Shown: one piece after another, positions 1 through 13,112 of the stretch
Position numbering within the stretch: position 1 is the first letter of the stretch
How the letters are laid out: every line of letters begins with the position of its first letter
Assembly: GCA_002269645.1 (NCBI GenBank)
Contig: NIVC01000434.1
Span: forward strand, 496,001 to 560,000
Reading direction: 5' to 3'
Origin: Macrostomum lignano
Taxonomy: Eukaryota
Length of the DNA stretch: 64,000 bases
Program-made: the position numbers and the translations under genes
Notes under the pieces: model-generated
Told to the model about the DNA's origin: nothing
The model's input: the letters and a program-made list of their open reading frames with translations, nothing else
Databases searched by the model: none

Positions 1-34
1 CACTGTCAATATCAAACCACCGTTCCCTATGCAG

Positions 35-1260
35 GGTGGATCCTTTCCTCAAGAAGGAATGGTACGACATCAAGGCCCCGTTCATGTTCGAGAAGCGAAC
101 CTGCGGCAAAACGCTGGTGACCCGCAGTGCTGGCACCCGACTGGCTAGCGACTCGCTGAAAGGCCGCGTCCTTGAAATGTCTCTGGGCGACCTCAAGACC
201 AACGACAGCGACTCGGCCTATAGGAAATTCAAACTGCAGGTTTGTATTCTAGGCTTATTGAAACTGGACCTCTGAGTCTGCAGTAGAGGTGTCTGACTGT
301 TGCACCACACCACTCATGGTTTGACTCAGTGAGCGGCCACATTAATTTGTCACAGAGAGTGTACATGCCTGAAGATTAGAAAGTCAGGGTCGCTGTACAC
401 CCTGTGTGAGCCTGTGTATGAGTTTTGTATGAGGGTTGACCGCAGCCCTCCTGAGAGTATATTATTATTATTTTATTTATTCCATTAATTTCACAGGTCG
501 AAGTGATCCAGGGCAAGCACTGCCTGACCAACTTCTACGGCATGAACCTGACCAGGGACAAGCTCTGCTCTCTGGTAAAGAAGTGGCAGTCCACCATCGA
601 GGCCAACGTTGACGTGAAGACGTCCGACGGCTATGTGCTGCGCGTCTTTGTCATCGCCTTCACTAAGAAGCGAATGAACCAGATCAAAAAGCACGCCTAT
701 GCCCAGTCTACCCAGGTATACTCTTTAGTGTTTGAAGTAGGACTTTCCTTTTGGTTATGAAATTTGATTTTGAGTAGTGCTGAGTAGTGCGTTGTGAATG
801 TTGCAAATATGTTTGTTTCAAAAATATGGTCATCTTCATTCGCTCAGGCTCAAGCTCTACCAATAATTTATGTGATTATTTGAGTTGGTACAGATTTCAG
901 CTAGGCTGACAGTGCTCACATCGTAGCTTGGTAACGCTGTAATTCCAGATTCGCCGCATCCGCCGCAAGATGCTGGACATAATCAACAAGGAGTGCTCCA
1001 TCGAGCTGAAGGACGTAGTCAACAAGCTGATCCCGGACAGCATCGGCCGGGACATCGAGAAGGCCGCCAGTGGCATCTTCCCGCTGCACGACGTGCACGT
1101 TCGCAAAGTGAAGGTGCTTCGCAAGCCGAAGGCCGAGCTGGGCAAAATCATGGAGCTGCACGGCGAGACTCTTGGCTCCGGGCCCAGCGCCGCGGCTGCC
1201 GCTGGCGAGAAAGTCGACCGGCCTGACGGTTACGAGCCGCCGGTGCTCAAGTCTGTCTGA
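35..1260 (+). CDS. RPS3A: 40S ribosomal protein S3a (eS1), 5'-partial; exons 35-239, 497-715, 949-1260
   Basis: Translation [15 protein letters not shown]...[16 protein letters not shown]...[22 protein letters not shown] is the eS1 signature. GT-AG introns 240-496 and 716-948 are phase-consistent. The first exon (MAVGKNK) lies upstream of the window. Confidence 0.97.
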
Positions 1261-1359
1261 GTAGACTTATCAGCAGTTTGCTGTTATGAGGACATGAGGA
1301 CTGACTGATTGAATATTAGCAGAGTCTTTGCCTACCTGCGCTTGCGAATGGGGTAGCAA

Positions 1360-1365
1360 AATAAA
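1360..1365 (+). terminator. Putative polyadenylation signal AATAAA of RPS3A
   Basis: AATAAA about 100 nt after the TGA at 1258-1260. Confidence 0.55.
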
Positions 1366-2863
1366 GTCGGTGACGCCAAAGCCGCGGTGTCTTCGGTGTT
1401 TCTTGGAATGAAAAAATATTTGAAATATGCTGTCTTTGTTATAACAGGTGCAGTCTTCGTTATTTTTGTGCTTCCTAGCATTAGAGACTTGATAAAGTTT
1501 GAGGTTGTTTTGGACAGCTAGAAATTTTGAAGTCTTGATGTTACTGGGCTAGCTACGACTTGAAGTGGAACAGTTCGTGCATGTATTTATTTACGATGAG
1601 CATGCGGCCAACTTAAAAAAGTAAAGGAAATTTCATCCTACACTTTCATTATAGTCTCCAGATTAATAGCTTTTTTGCAATCTCGTTAGGCGGTCAGTAG
1701 GTAAATTAAAGCTATAAATTAGCTCAAATTAGAGGCTACGGTAATTCCGCAACTGTCAGTCTGAGAAGAGCAACAAAATGACATGTTAGCGGCGTTGAAT
1801 TTGACTTCAGTGAATTGTCTAATCGATGCATTGACCGAGTTGATTTGAAAGTAGCAAAAGTGCGCGAAGATAATGGATTGCTTGGATGGAGAGCAGAAGG
1901 AAAGGCTCGATTGAAGTGGCAATTATTAGTTTACCTAACAGGAATTTTTCAATTGAACGAATCAACTCTTTAAAGAAAAAACGATGTGTACTTTGATTAG
2001 GCGAATTGTCATGGGACATTATTTTACTATGTGTACATGAATATCCCTTTACTGCATACAGGACTCATAGAAAGAGAAAAAACCAAAGTAATGGCCTGAA
2101 ACCATGAATTATTTAGGTGCGGCAAGAGGCTTGACAATATTCAGTCTGCATATCTGGACACTTTTACATGTATTTTAGTGCAACGCAACGTTTAAAAAGC
2201 CTATGTATACACGCACGAGCGATATGACTGAACATAGCTATAAAATACATCTACTGAGAGGCGTGAACGCTACACACTGGCATATAATTTCGTGCCTTAC
2301 AAAAATAAAAAGACAAAAAAGAATCCGAATTAATAAACCAGTGCATGCCAGCTGGTACTGTAGGTGAGACACAGTTTCGCCGGCGGCAAGATCCTTTTGC
2401 AATTTTTTCCTGCAAAAAGCTACGTAAAATATGGAACATTTGTATAAACGCCTGTTTTTGCGTGTATATCGATTACATCAAATAAGTCGATTCTGATATG
2501 GTCTGGACTTCATGCACTCACGATGGTACAAATGTGCATGCGTTTCATCCGACGCATTTTCACGCAGTTTCATATTCTACCAAAATTAGAACGCATGGCT
2601 TACTTTAGATACAAATTGGAATTAGTTAAGAAGACGAGAAAAAGTACTTTATACGAATAAAGTTCTGAAAAATCAAGAACTTAATCTCGCTAGTGAATGA
2701 AGATGGGCTTTGAAATACGCCCCAGTTCGGGTGCAGCGCAAAACAATTTTCGAGGGGAAATCCACGGAAATTATGCAAATTATATATATAAACCGTTGCT
2801 TTTACTACGTAAGTAGACGCTTCTTAAAATAAGCCATCCGGCTAAACAATTAATTGTTTAAAT

Positions 2864-5800
2864 TCAAACGAATCTCAGATGCTTGTTCAGTGGACCTCTG
2901 TGCTGCTCAGCGCAGCCAGGTGGGCTCTGATTGAGAGCGTGGCCGTGCTCTCCGCTGCCTCCTCCAGAAGCTGCTTTAATGACACCGCACACTTCTCGAT
3001 TCATCAGCTCCAGCTGGATTGGGGCCTGCTTGTTTTGCTTTCGCTGCTGCTGCTGCAGGTGTCTCTGCTGCTGTTGCTTCTGCAGCTGCTGCAGATGGTG
3101 CTGGTGAGGATGATGAGGAATCGCCACGGCCGCCGCAGCTGCCCGCTGCAGCATGAGGTGTTTGGTTCGGTCCGAGTCGGACGAGTCAAAGCGGATCACC
3201 CTGGCGGGTGGCTTCTTCCGTCTCCGGATGGCGTACATCATGTTGCGGCGAAAGTTTCTGCTCCACACGCAGTAGATGAAGAAATTGATGGCAGAGTTGA
3301 ACAGAGTGAGCAGGGAGCCGATGGAATAAAGGTACGAATTGAACCACGTCTGATCGTCGAAGCTGGTATCCAGGAGGATGTGCCATACAGCGCCGGGGAT
3401 TTCCGTGGTCACAAACACGGCTATGATGACCACCAGCATTTTTGTTTCCTCGGTGCGTCTCGTTGTCTCCCGAGTAATCGCCGCTCGAATTCTCGACGCG
3501 ATGAGTAGGCTGCGAATCAGTAGTATGTTGAACGCTGTGAGTACTAGCATTGGACCAACGGTGAGGAACAAAATGTACATTATCTTCTTGTAGAGCAGCA
3601 TGTACACGAAGCCCAGGCGCTTGGGGTTCGGCTGAAGGATTTGGAGCTGCAGGCACTGATGCAGCTCGGACTTGTACTCAAACAGCAGGGGAATATTGTA
3701 GACCAGTGCCGTGCAGGTCACAGCGACGCAGTAGATGCGCGACCGCTGCGGGTTGCTGCGCTGCGTCGAGTAGAACGGATTCTGCACCACCATGTAGCGG
3801 TCCAGGGCCACCAGCAGGATGACCCAGTTGCGGCCAGTCCGAGCCACGCTGCCAAAGTACCACAGCAGCGGCAGCAGCGGCTGCGCTCCGGTGGTCGCGT
3901 GCAGTCTCGTCTGCAAGGTGACGCCGTCCGAAAGCTTGACAACTGCGCCCAGGCCCATGTAGACAACATAGTAGGGCGCCGAGATCAGGATGAAGATTAG
4001 ATCGACTGCGGGATGAGCAGCAAAGAGCATTATGAGAAACACTAGCAAAGTAAGTAAACGATTCCTCGAAGAAGCACCGTGATCTCGCCATGAATTCGTA
4101 GAATAGAACTCAGAATCTGCATAAAAGCCGTATTTGAACCCAGTGCAAGGTAGCCAAGGCCCAGAACTGCTAGCTGGTCTATCAGATTATGTTCAGCTGC
4201 ATTTACTAACCGTTGCCAGCCCCCTTAACTTGCGGCGAGTGGCTGACCCACCTGACCCACCATGTTTGCCATCGCAGCTCCATTCAAGACAGCTTGGCTG
4301 ACCTATATTTTGCTCACCTTCTGTGCACTTTTGTGCAACTTTGTACTGTAACCACTGCAGAAATTTTTGCAGCATACATGTACTTTTCGGGCTCGTTCAA
4401 TAGACCTTGCAAGCTTTGTGGTAGTTATGTGGTCGGGCAAGGAATCGAACCATGGGCCGTGATGCAAAATCAGAGAAATGACCAGGAGCACAAGGCTGAC
4501 GTCATTAAACTCGGGATAAGGGGTGATTGACAGCAACAAAGCAACAGTGTTTGAAGCATTATGGAGCATTCGCGTTGTAAAACTCGAAGTAACTACGACG
4601 AGCCGTGTTTCTACATTAATTAGTCGAGGCAAAATGCAGTCACCATAATATTTCGTATCTTGTCGATTGTGAGTCACTCTATCACACTGTCATTTGAACG
4701 GATTTTGGCAATGTTATTAAAGAGAAATTTCAGTCCGAACTCGCGGGGCTGTAAACACTTACATGCAGCAGCATGATATATTCTACACAGCAGTTGGGCA
4801 CCCTTCGGCTCAATCAAAGCTGCCTGAAAATGGCAAGGAAGCTTCGTGTGCCAAGAAAATATCGATTTTCCTCCCAGTGCCAATAGCAGCGCCAGTGAAT
4901 AGCCGGTCTGAGAGCAGAGACGCTGCACTGGGTCTCCCAGGCGTGTGCGGCCTCTCTCTGCACTGTTGGGGCCGCCACTGTGTTGTTAAAATTTGCCCAG
5001 TGTTAGGTTGACAAACAGTTCCCAGCAGTGGACCAGGGAAAGAGAGATGCGAGAGAAATCAGTCAGCCTTAGGAGCAACACGCGGACCGCTGCCCGCCAG
5101 GTCCAGAAACAGAACACATTGGGGAAGGCTGAGGATTTGAACGGTGAGGCTGGTTTAGAAATGAAGATGCCTAAAATACAATAATCCCATACAGCTTATG
5201 ACTCACTCACTCACTCATCACTCGCTCACTCACTCACTCACTCACTCATCACTCACTCACTCACTCACTCACTCACTCACTCACTCACTCACTCACTCAC
5301 TCACTCACTCACTCATCACTCACTCACTCACTCACTCACTCACTCACTCACTCACTCACTCACTCACTCACTCACTCACTCACTCATCACTCACTCACTC
5401 ACTCACTCACTCACTCACTCACTCACTCACTCACTCACTCACTCACTAACTCACTCACTAACTCACTCACTCACTCACTCACTCACTCACTCACTCACTC
5501 ACTCACTCACTCACTCACTCACTCACTCACTCACTCACTCACTCACTCACTCACTCACTCACTCACTCACTCACTCACTCACTCACTCACTCACTCACTC
5601 ACTCACTCACTCACTCACTCACTCACTCACTCACTCACTCACTCACTCACTCACTCACTCACTCACTCACTCACTCACTCACTCACTCACTCACTCACTC
5701 ACTCACTCACTCACTCACTCACTCACTCACTCACTCACTCACTCACCCACTCACTCACTTCGGTCTCTGTCCTAACTCAATGCAGTGAGGAGTGGCCAAA

Positions 5801-8692
5801 CTCTAGCAGCCTTACTCTTCTGAGATCGAATCCCAAATTTACTATCTCGACAATATAGCTTCGCTTTCCACAATCAGTCTTAGACTAATATTATAGATTT
5901 GGTATATTGTGATGGTTTTGAAAACCGCGTCACCCTTTCTTTAAGTCATCTTTTTTTATTTCCGCTCGTCTCTCGCGTCTTTCCGCCATACGGCAACTGT
6001 TGACGGATTTTCAGATAATCTTCTTCATTCGAAGTCTTTCAGTCCCGGAAGCTCAGGGCAGGTGCTAAGCCTTCCATGCAAATGGTAGCTATTAGAGGGT
6101 GGCAATAAAATTCGAGCTGTGCAACCCGAAGACTCGTAGAGCAGGTGTGTGGGCAGTTCTATCGCTGCAAAAGACTCTGAAAGCTGCAAGCTAAATATTA
6201 GTTCTAGGAATCTAAGCAAACCCAACCTTTGCCTGGCCACGCGTGCCGTCTATAGCCTCAGTTGCAGTAGAAATGGCCAATATTTCATGAGGCCAACAGT
6301 GGATAATAATAGGCGCCCCTGTGTGTCTGTCCTTGGGGTCAGTTTTGCTTGTATTGCCCAGGCAAGGCTGCCCCAGCCTGCAGGCCTCATTAATCTGATT
6401 AGTTAGGCAGAGGACAGGGCGAAGCAGTGCCAGTAAGAAAGGCGAAGGCAGCGCGAGGCTTTACAATTGGAATAATAAATGGGGTGGAGGTGCGCATGTG
6501 CAGCCGATAAAGTCTGTCGCTTTATTAAATTATTGACTGAATCGCATTGAGCGGCCTGCTGGCTTGTAAAGACTGCAAATTAATTAATGGCAATCGGATG
6601 GTAATTAATGGCAATTTAAGTTGTTTAACTTGCGCTGTAAAACTTATGGCAGCTGCAATAAGACTCAAAGCGAGCTGATCCGTCAATGAAAATTCAATGA
6701 CGCCTTGGACAAAAAGGGGAGGGGAAAGAGGTAATGAAAATGATTGATGTGCATAGGCATGTCATTGTGACTTTAATTGATCTTACAGACCCCGAGATTA
6801 AAAATTACCTTTTTGAAAAAGTGAACTGCAGCTAAATATGTTTCCGTTGTATAAAAAATCAAATTTCTTCAAGTCCTATTCCTTTTCAACTTCTTTAAGT
6901 CAACAGCGTGCAAATTTAACTTTAACTAACTACAAAAAATTAAAAAAAATTAAAATCAGTATGTTTTCCCATTCAAAAATTGACAGAATTCTCGTTACTT
7001 TTTAAACCGAATTTTAAGGGCAGAAAGGTGTATACTTTATACCTTATTTAACTATAGTTTGGTTCATTTAAAAGCAAAATAGTCTATGGTCGCCCCACAT
7101 TCTTCCAGTCCTACACTGAATGCTGACTTCGACACAAATGTCTATGGTACAAAACCATAATACCCGTGTTAGAAGGATGCTATACGCCCCCACACGCTTC
7201 AGCCCTCACCGATATTCTATATAACGGGTGTCCCAAAAAAGGGTAACACTTTGTGCGCTCACTGTGAGTGAGCAGTTAGGCCTATAGCACAGTTAATTTA
7301 ACAGGTCCACAGTAAACATTTGTAAGTTTTTCCTCACAAACATTTGGTTGCGAAAAATTGCTCCAGAGGCTCCTCTTACAAACTTACAAATGTTTACTGT
7401 GGACCTGTTAAATTACTGTGCTATAGGCCTAACTGCTCACTCACAGTGAGCGCACAAAGTGTTACCCTTTTTTGGGACACCCGTTATAATAACTTATCTT
7501 AGTATAGCTGCTATCTTACAACACAATTTACGAACTCGTAGCTATGTAGCCACAATCAGCAATGCTTTAGTGCAGGTAGGGATGACAGACACTAAGCTAA
7601 GCATCACCTGTATCATCTGGCTTATGGGAAAATTTAATTTCCGACTCCACCGAAGTACCATTTTTGTCATGCGAATATGTCTCTTCGCCGCTAGTGGGAA
7701 CAAATATCAATTGGGGCCTCTGCCTTATCTATTTGCACGCAATAAACTTGTCGTGCTTTCTCAGGGAGCTTCAACCCCCGTCTAATTTCCTTTCTCGCAC
7801 ATGCTTTAGCTCTCAGTAACTTCTGCTTCTTGGAGTGTAGAGAGCGGGAGGAGCAGAGGGCAGAGGAAATTAAGTGTGACATTGAGGAGGACATCGGCGA
7901 GAAAGTGTAGGGGCTCATATAAGCCGGCAGCTCAACCACAATTACGGAGAAGGGTTAGATGAAGAGTCGAAAGAAGGAAGTAGAAGGAAGAAAAAATGAC
8001 TTGAGCTATCAAGAGAGTGTGAAGTATCTGCTTAAGCTGGGTTAGGGCTCCAGCTTAGAGAGTAGTGAGGAATAAGTAGAACTCAGGCTTTCTCATTGAT
8101 GGAAGAGTGATTGATTGGCTATGCGAGAGTATTTTAGACTATAATCCTATCAGTATACTCTGCACTTATCGGTGGAAAACCGAAACTTTTGCAAACAGAC
8201 ACCCAATTCAATGTTTTCCAGTGAGCTTTGGGTACTTCAGAATGCCGCTCTCAGTAGTACATTGGTTAATAACCAAACTTATGGAAAATTTATACTTCCT
8301 TTGATAGGGAATAATAAATACATAATAAATACAATGTATCCAAGACAAAGAGGGGGGGTAGCGGTGACCCACCAAAGGATCAGAGGGAGGGTAGCGGTGA
8401 CCCACCAAAGGATCAGAGGGAGGTTGACCTATTAAAGAATGTAAAAACGTTGAATGGAGCAGCGATGGTGTAACTCACAGACAGACAGAGCCATCAGCAG
8501 TACGCTCATTGAGGACCTTCGGACATCTCTCTGCAGTACCAGAATGGACAGAGCATTGAGCACCAGGCCCATGGTGAAGATCACAGATGACAAGCCAACG
8601 TCAGTCACCAGTATAAACTGGCGCTCCGAATCAGTAAAATGAATCTTCGGCGGACAATGCGTGCCATTTTCAACTGTCTCATTTGCCGACAT
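2864..8692 (-). CDS. Class A (rhodopsin-like) peptide GPCR, FMRFamide-receptor-like; exons 8692-8479 and 4005-2864
   Basis: Exon 1 encodes an N-glycosylated N-terminus, TM1 and the start of TM2 (MSANETVENGT...LVLNALSILVL...LMALSV). Its phase-1 donor GTGAGT joins acceptor CCGCAG to give LSVFDLIFIL. Exon 2 has LDRY, TM6 TEIP and TM7 NSAINFFIYC, then a poly-Q/His tail. About 450 aa. Confidence 0.9.
5201..5759. repeat. (TCAC)n microsatellite, about 140 units, inside the GPCR intron
   Basis: Direct reading; it reads (GTGA)n on the transcribed strand. Confidence 0.98.
7220..7488. mobile_element. Tc1/mariner-type MITE with about 110-bp terminal inverted repeats, in the GPCR intron
   Basis: TATAACGGGTGTCCCAAAAAAGGGTAACAC... 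is mirrored by ...GTGTTACCCTTTTTTGGGACACCCGTTATA; TA at both ends. Confidence 0.85.
8350..8424. repeat. 33-bp tandem duplication (about 2.3 copies) near the GPCR donor
   Basis: GAGGGAGGGTAGCGGTGACCCACCAAAGGATCA repeated. Confidence 0.9.
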
Positions 8693-9469
8693 GGCTTGGG
8701 AGTCGGATAGTTTTTTGGATAGTTGAATTTAAATGCAGAACAGTTTCGGTTCGAAGGGCACAAGGCGAGGTAAGGGATCGGGGCTTGGCGCTCTGACGAT
8801 TGGGAAGGCAGGGAAAACTTATAGACCAAGCCTGCCCGTGTTGACTGAGGGCAGGAAAATTTGGGGTTGGCTGGAGACCACTGGCTTCCCAGCAAATCCC
8901 ACTGGCTTTGGAATCCGATCATGCATATGGGAGGGGCAGGGAGAGGGCAAGTCTGGCTTATGGGGATAACGAATTGTTAGCGTTGATCCTCGCCAGTTCG
9001 CTGTAGAAATGCACTTTGCAATCTCATCAGTTTTTGATTTCTGCTTTCATCTTTCAGATTTCTCACTAGGCTCTTCCATCTCCCCTCTTCTCCCTCTGCT
9101 GCAATCATTTTGTCCAGGGGCTTGAGAGACCCCGGTAGCTACTCAATGCTGGGAACTTATCGGTTGGGCTGAGACTCGCTCGCGCGGAACTTAATTTAGC
9201 CAAAGTATATAAAAGTATGTTCAAAGCAACTCTAACATCGTATACAGTGTGCCACAGAAGAGTAATGCCAATTGAAATGACGAATGACATCGTTTGACCT
9301 CTTCTGTTTGGCGACTTGGGGTTTTTTCATTGGAATCACCGAGCCATTTGGCATCACGGGCCTAATTAACCCAGATACGACTGTACAAAAATTAAAGTCT
9401 TCAGTAGCATTACTAAAAATAGTTTCTCAGAGGGCAGGATCCATTTGATTGTAAGCTTATTGCGACAGT

Positions 9470-10345
9470 GTAGCGCCGCAGGGCGACTCTAGCGCTACAG
9501 GTGAGTCTTTAGTGGCGCAGGTGAGTCTCTAGTGCCGCAGGTGAGTCTTTAGTGGCGCAGGTGAGTCTTTAGTGGGGAAGATGAGTCTCTGGTGCCGCAG
9601 ATGAGTCTCTAGCGCCAAAGGCAAGACTCTTGCGCTACATGTGAGTCTCTAGTGCCGCAGGTGAGTCTTTAGTGCCGCAGGTGAGTCTCTAGTGCCACAG
9701 GTGAGTCTCTAGTGCCAAAGGCAAGACTCTTGCGCTACATGTGAGTCTCTAGTGCCGCAGATGAGTCTTTAGTGGGGAAGATGAGTCTCTGGTGCCGCAG
9801 GTGAGTCTCTAGCGCCAAAGGCAAGACTCTTGCGCTACATGTGAGTCTCTAGTGCCGCAGGTGAGTCTCTGGTGCCGCAGGTGAGTCTCTAGTGCCAAAG
9901 GCAAGACTCTTGCGCTACATGTGAGTCTCTAGTGCCGCAGATGAGTCTTTAGTGGGGAAGATGAGTCTCTGGTGCCGAAGGTGAGTCTTTAGTGGCGCAG
10001 GTGAGTCTCTGGTACCGCAGGTGAGTCTCTAGTGCCAAAGGCAAGACTCTTGCGCTACATGTGAGTCTCTAGTGCTGCAGGTGAGACTCTTGCGCTACAT
10101 GTGAGTCTCTAGTGCCACAGGTGAGTCTTTAATGGCGCGGGTGAGTCTCTAGTGCCGCAGGTGAGTCTTTAGTGGCGCAGGTGAGTCTCTAGTGCCACAG
10201 GTGAGTCTTTAGTGGCGCAGGTGAGTCTCTAGTGCCGCAGGTGAGTCTTTAGTGCCGCAGGTGAGTCTCTAGTGCCACAGGTGAGTCTCTAGTGCCAAAG
10301 GCAAGACTTGCGCTACACGTGAGTCTATAGTGTCGCAGGTGAGAC
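9470..10345. repeat. 20-bp minisatellite GTGAGTCTCTAGTGCCGCAG with higher-order variants (about 43 units)
   Basis: Direct reading; GCAAGACTCTTGCGCTACAT variant units recur periodically. Confidence 0.95.
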
Positions 10346-12409
10346 TTCAGTGTCCCCAGGCAAGAATTTAGCATCCATCGGAAAAATCTTGTAGGTCCAA
10401 GTTTAGGATATGCCATGATCAAAGTCAAGGATACCATGGCATCCGCATTTAGCATATACAAAAGCCCAGTTGGCAGCCCAAGAAAACTACCGCATAACCT
10501 AAAAGTATTTCTTTTAGTTAGAAAGAAAAGAAAACGCAGAAAGAAAGATTTCTGTCTTCCAAGCTATATATACGAGATTTTCCTAGCGATTCAGCGCAAG
10601 GAATGGCAGCTAAGTATGGAAGCGCATGCGGTCGGACCTTCCAGACCCCAGCTAGCGCTTTGGCCCTCCGCGTCCACCCTTGACCGCGCTTGGCTTGGGG
10701 CTTGGGTTTCGGACAAACGTGTTCCAGAAAGTGCAAGCAGCACAGCCAGCTGCCAGCAATTGTGGAAGAAGAAGCTGAGCTACTTCCCGCTTCTGAGTGG
10801 TCATATTTTTGCCTGATTTCATTTGCCCCACAAGCGCATAAACTGCGCCGCCGCTTAGCCCAGCGCTATAATTTACAGCTGCGAGCAGGATTCCAGAGCA
10901 GAAAAGTCGAATAACGAGCCAACCGGATGTGAAAGTCGATCGCAGAAGCCCAGCGCATGCCAATGCCACCGAGCTACATGGGGAGGGGGTCGGAGCGGGA
11001 TTAGAAAACTCTGGAGCTTATTCTTTTGCTGATGCGGGAGGGACTGGGGCTAGATTGCTGATTATATTTCTCAATATGCGTACATATATGTATATTCGGA
11101 GCATTGATTGAGAGCACTGCCAGAGGAATCGCAAATATGGCCGATGGAAGTCGCGGGATAAATTGGCATTAGGAATGCAAATTAATTTCACTGCCGGGAC
11201 CTGACGCGTTCTGTCGGCAGAACGCTCCGCTCCTCTAGTGGCCATTTGTATATACAAATGCGCATTTTTGGCTTGTTTTTTTCCTAGTTTTGATTCTCCT
11301 CTTCTAGTAGATTCTCCCCATCCATGCCACCCTGACAGCATTGCTTTTGTCGATTCAAAAGCAGGTGACGGGCAAGACACAGCCAAGGCCCATCGCGTTC
11401 GGCATTATAGGAGCATTAGAGACTATATCGTTAGCACGAGCACATTACATTACCTGAGCTGTTCAGCAGCTTCTAATGGGCTGCAGCTTCTTATTTTTGC
11501 ATGTCAACAGCAAAGCCCTTCTAGAATGACATGCATCGCTTAGAGTGCTCTTCACGGTCCACTCTGCATTCGCGTGTGCGGGATACACGCGCTTATCCTC
11601 TTAGGTCCCCAATTATATGGTTCAATGAAGCCTTCACAATTAGTACATGTAGCTTCTTTGGAAGCCCTGTGTTTTTTTATTCGTATTCTGTTTGTTTAAG
11701 TAATTTTTTTTCGAAGAAATAGTAGTGCACACGAATTTATTTCTAACAGGCTGTTAAATATCCACTGAAACTAAAAATGAGTTGTCAGTAGCTAATGTAA
11801 TTAGATTTTACTATGCACTAATAATATTACTTAGCGAAATGTAAGGCTGCCAAAGTTCTGAATAAAAGTATAATTCGCATTTTAAGACTGCATGTAAGAC
11901 AGACGGTGATGTCTGCTGGCCGTGATCAGAACCCTCTTATTGCAAAAATTCAATTTTAGACATTTTTATTCCTGCCACTGGCCCACTGGGGTTCCAGAAG
12001 TTCATTATAGAGCGTCGAGAACTCTCGGCTTCTCGAGCCGCAGCGCTGCACTTTTACGGGCGGCAGCGACTGCCAATAAGTTTGAGATTCAGCCTGGAAT
12101 CTAATCAAACCGTTTTGTTCATCAAGCCCGACTTGCTCACGACAATAGTCTGCAGTGGCCTTCCGAAGTTGCAGACTACTGTGAAGTACACTCAACAGTA
12201 AAGCCGATTCGTGCTTGCATTATTACAGTGATCCCATGTAGCTGGCATATGTTCAAACTACTTTCTCATGCCAAGATGGTCTGCAGTAAAACCCTGCTTT
12301 GGGTCAATTTATTCAACACAACAGATTAAAGAATGAATTCAACAAACTTTGTACATGTAGATCAACCACAAAGCAAACACAACAGCTTTATAGGCCTACG
12401 GCATGTGAA

Positions 12410-13112
12410 CAAACAGGTGATGGGGTTGCCGTATTTGCTGCAGCTATCGTGCAGTGTTGGTGGCGAACAGGTGATGGGGTTGCCGTATTTGCTGCAGCTA
12501 TCGTGCAGTGTTGGTGGCGAACAGGTGATGGGGTTGCCGTATTTGCTGCAGCTATCGTGCAGTGCTGGTGGCGAACAGGTGATGGGGTTGCCGTATTTGC
12601 TGCAGCTATCGTGCAGTGCTGGTGGCCAACAGGTGATGGGGCTGCCGTATTTGCTGCAGCTATCGTGCAGTGTTGGTGGCGAACAGGTGATGGGGTTGCC
12701 GTATTTGCTGCAGCTATCGTGCAGTGTTGGTGGCCAACAGGTGATGGGGCTGCCGTATTTGCTGCAGCTATCGTGCAGTGTTGGTGGCCAACAGGTGATG
12801 GGGTTGCCGTATTTGCTGCAGCTATCGTGCAGTGTTGGTGGCCAACAGGTGATGGGGTTGCCGTATTTGCTGCAGCTATCGTGCAGTCTTGGTGGCGAAC
12901 AGGTGATGGGGCTGCCGTATTTGCTGCAGCTATCGTGCAGTGTTGGTGGCCAACAGGTGATGGGGTTGCCGTATTTGCTGCAGCTATCGTGCAGTCTTGG
13001 TGGCGAACAGGTGATGGGGCTGCCGTATTTGCTGCAGCTATCGTGCAGTGTTGGTGGCGAACAGGTGATGGGGTTGCCGTATTTGCTGCAGCTATCGTGC
13101 AGTCTTGGTGGG
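12410..13112. repeat. 54-bp minisatellite, about 13 copies
   Basis: 18-aa periodicity in four overlapping spurious ORFs. Confidence 0.96.

Noticed and set aside
240-948. snoRNAs in RPS3A introns
   Set aside because: Vertebrate RPS3A hosts U73, but I found no convincing C/D box pair with terminal stem or H/ACA structure; an Infernal/Rfam scan is needed.
2879-4091. Overlapping + strand and alternative-frame ORFs over the GPCR
   Set aside because: Shadow ORFs of a GC-rich coding exon, with no recognisable motifs.
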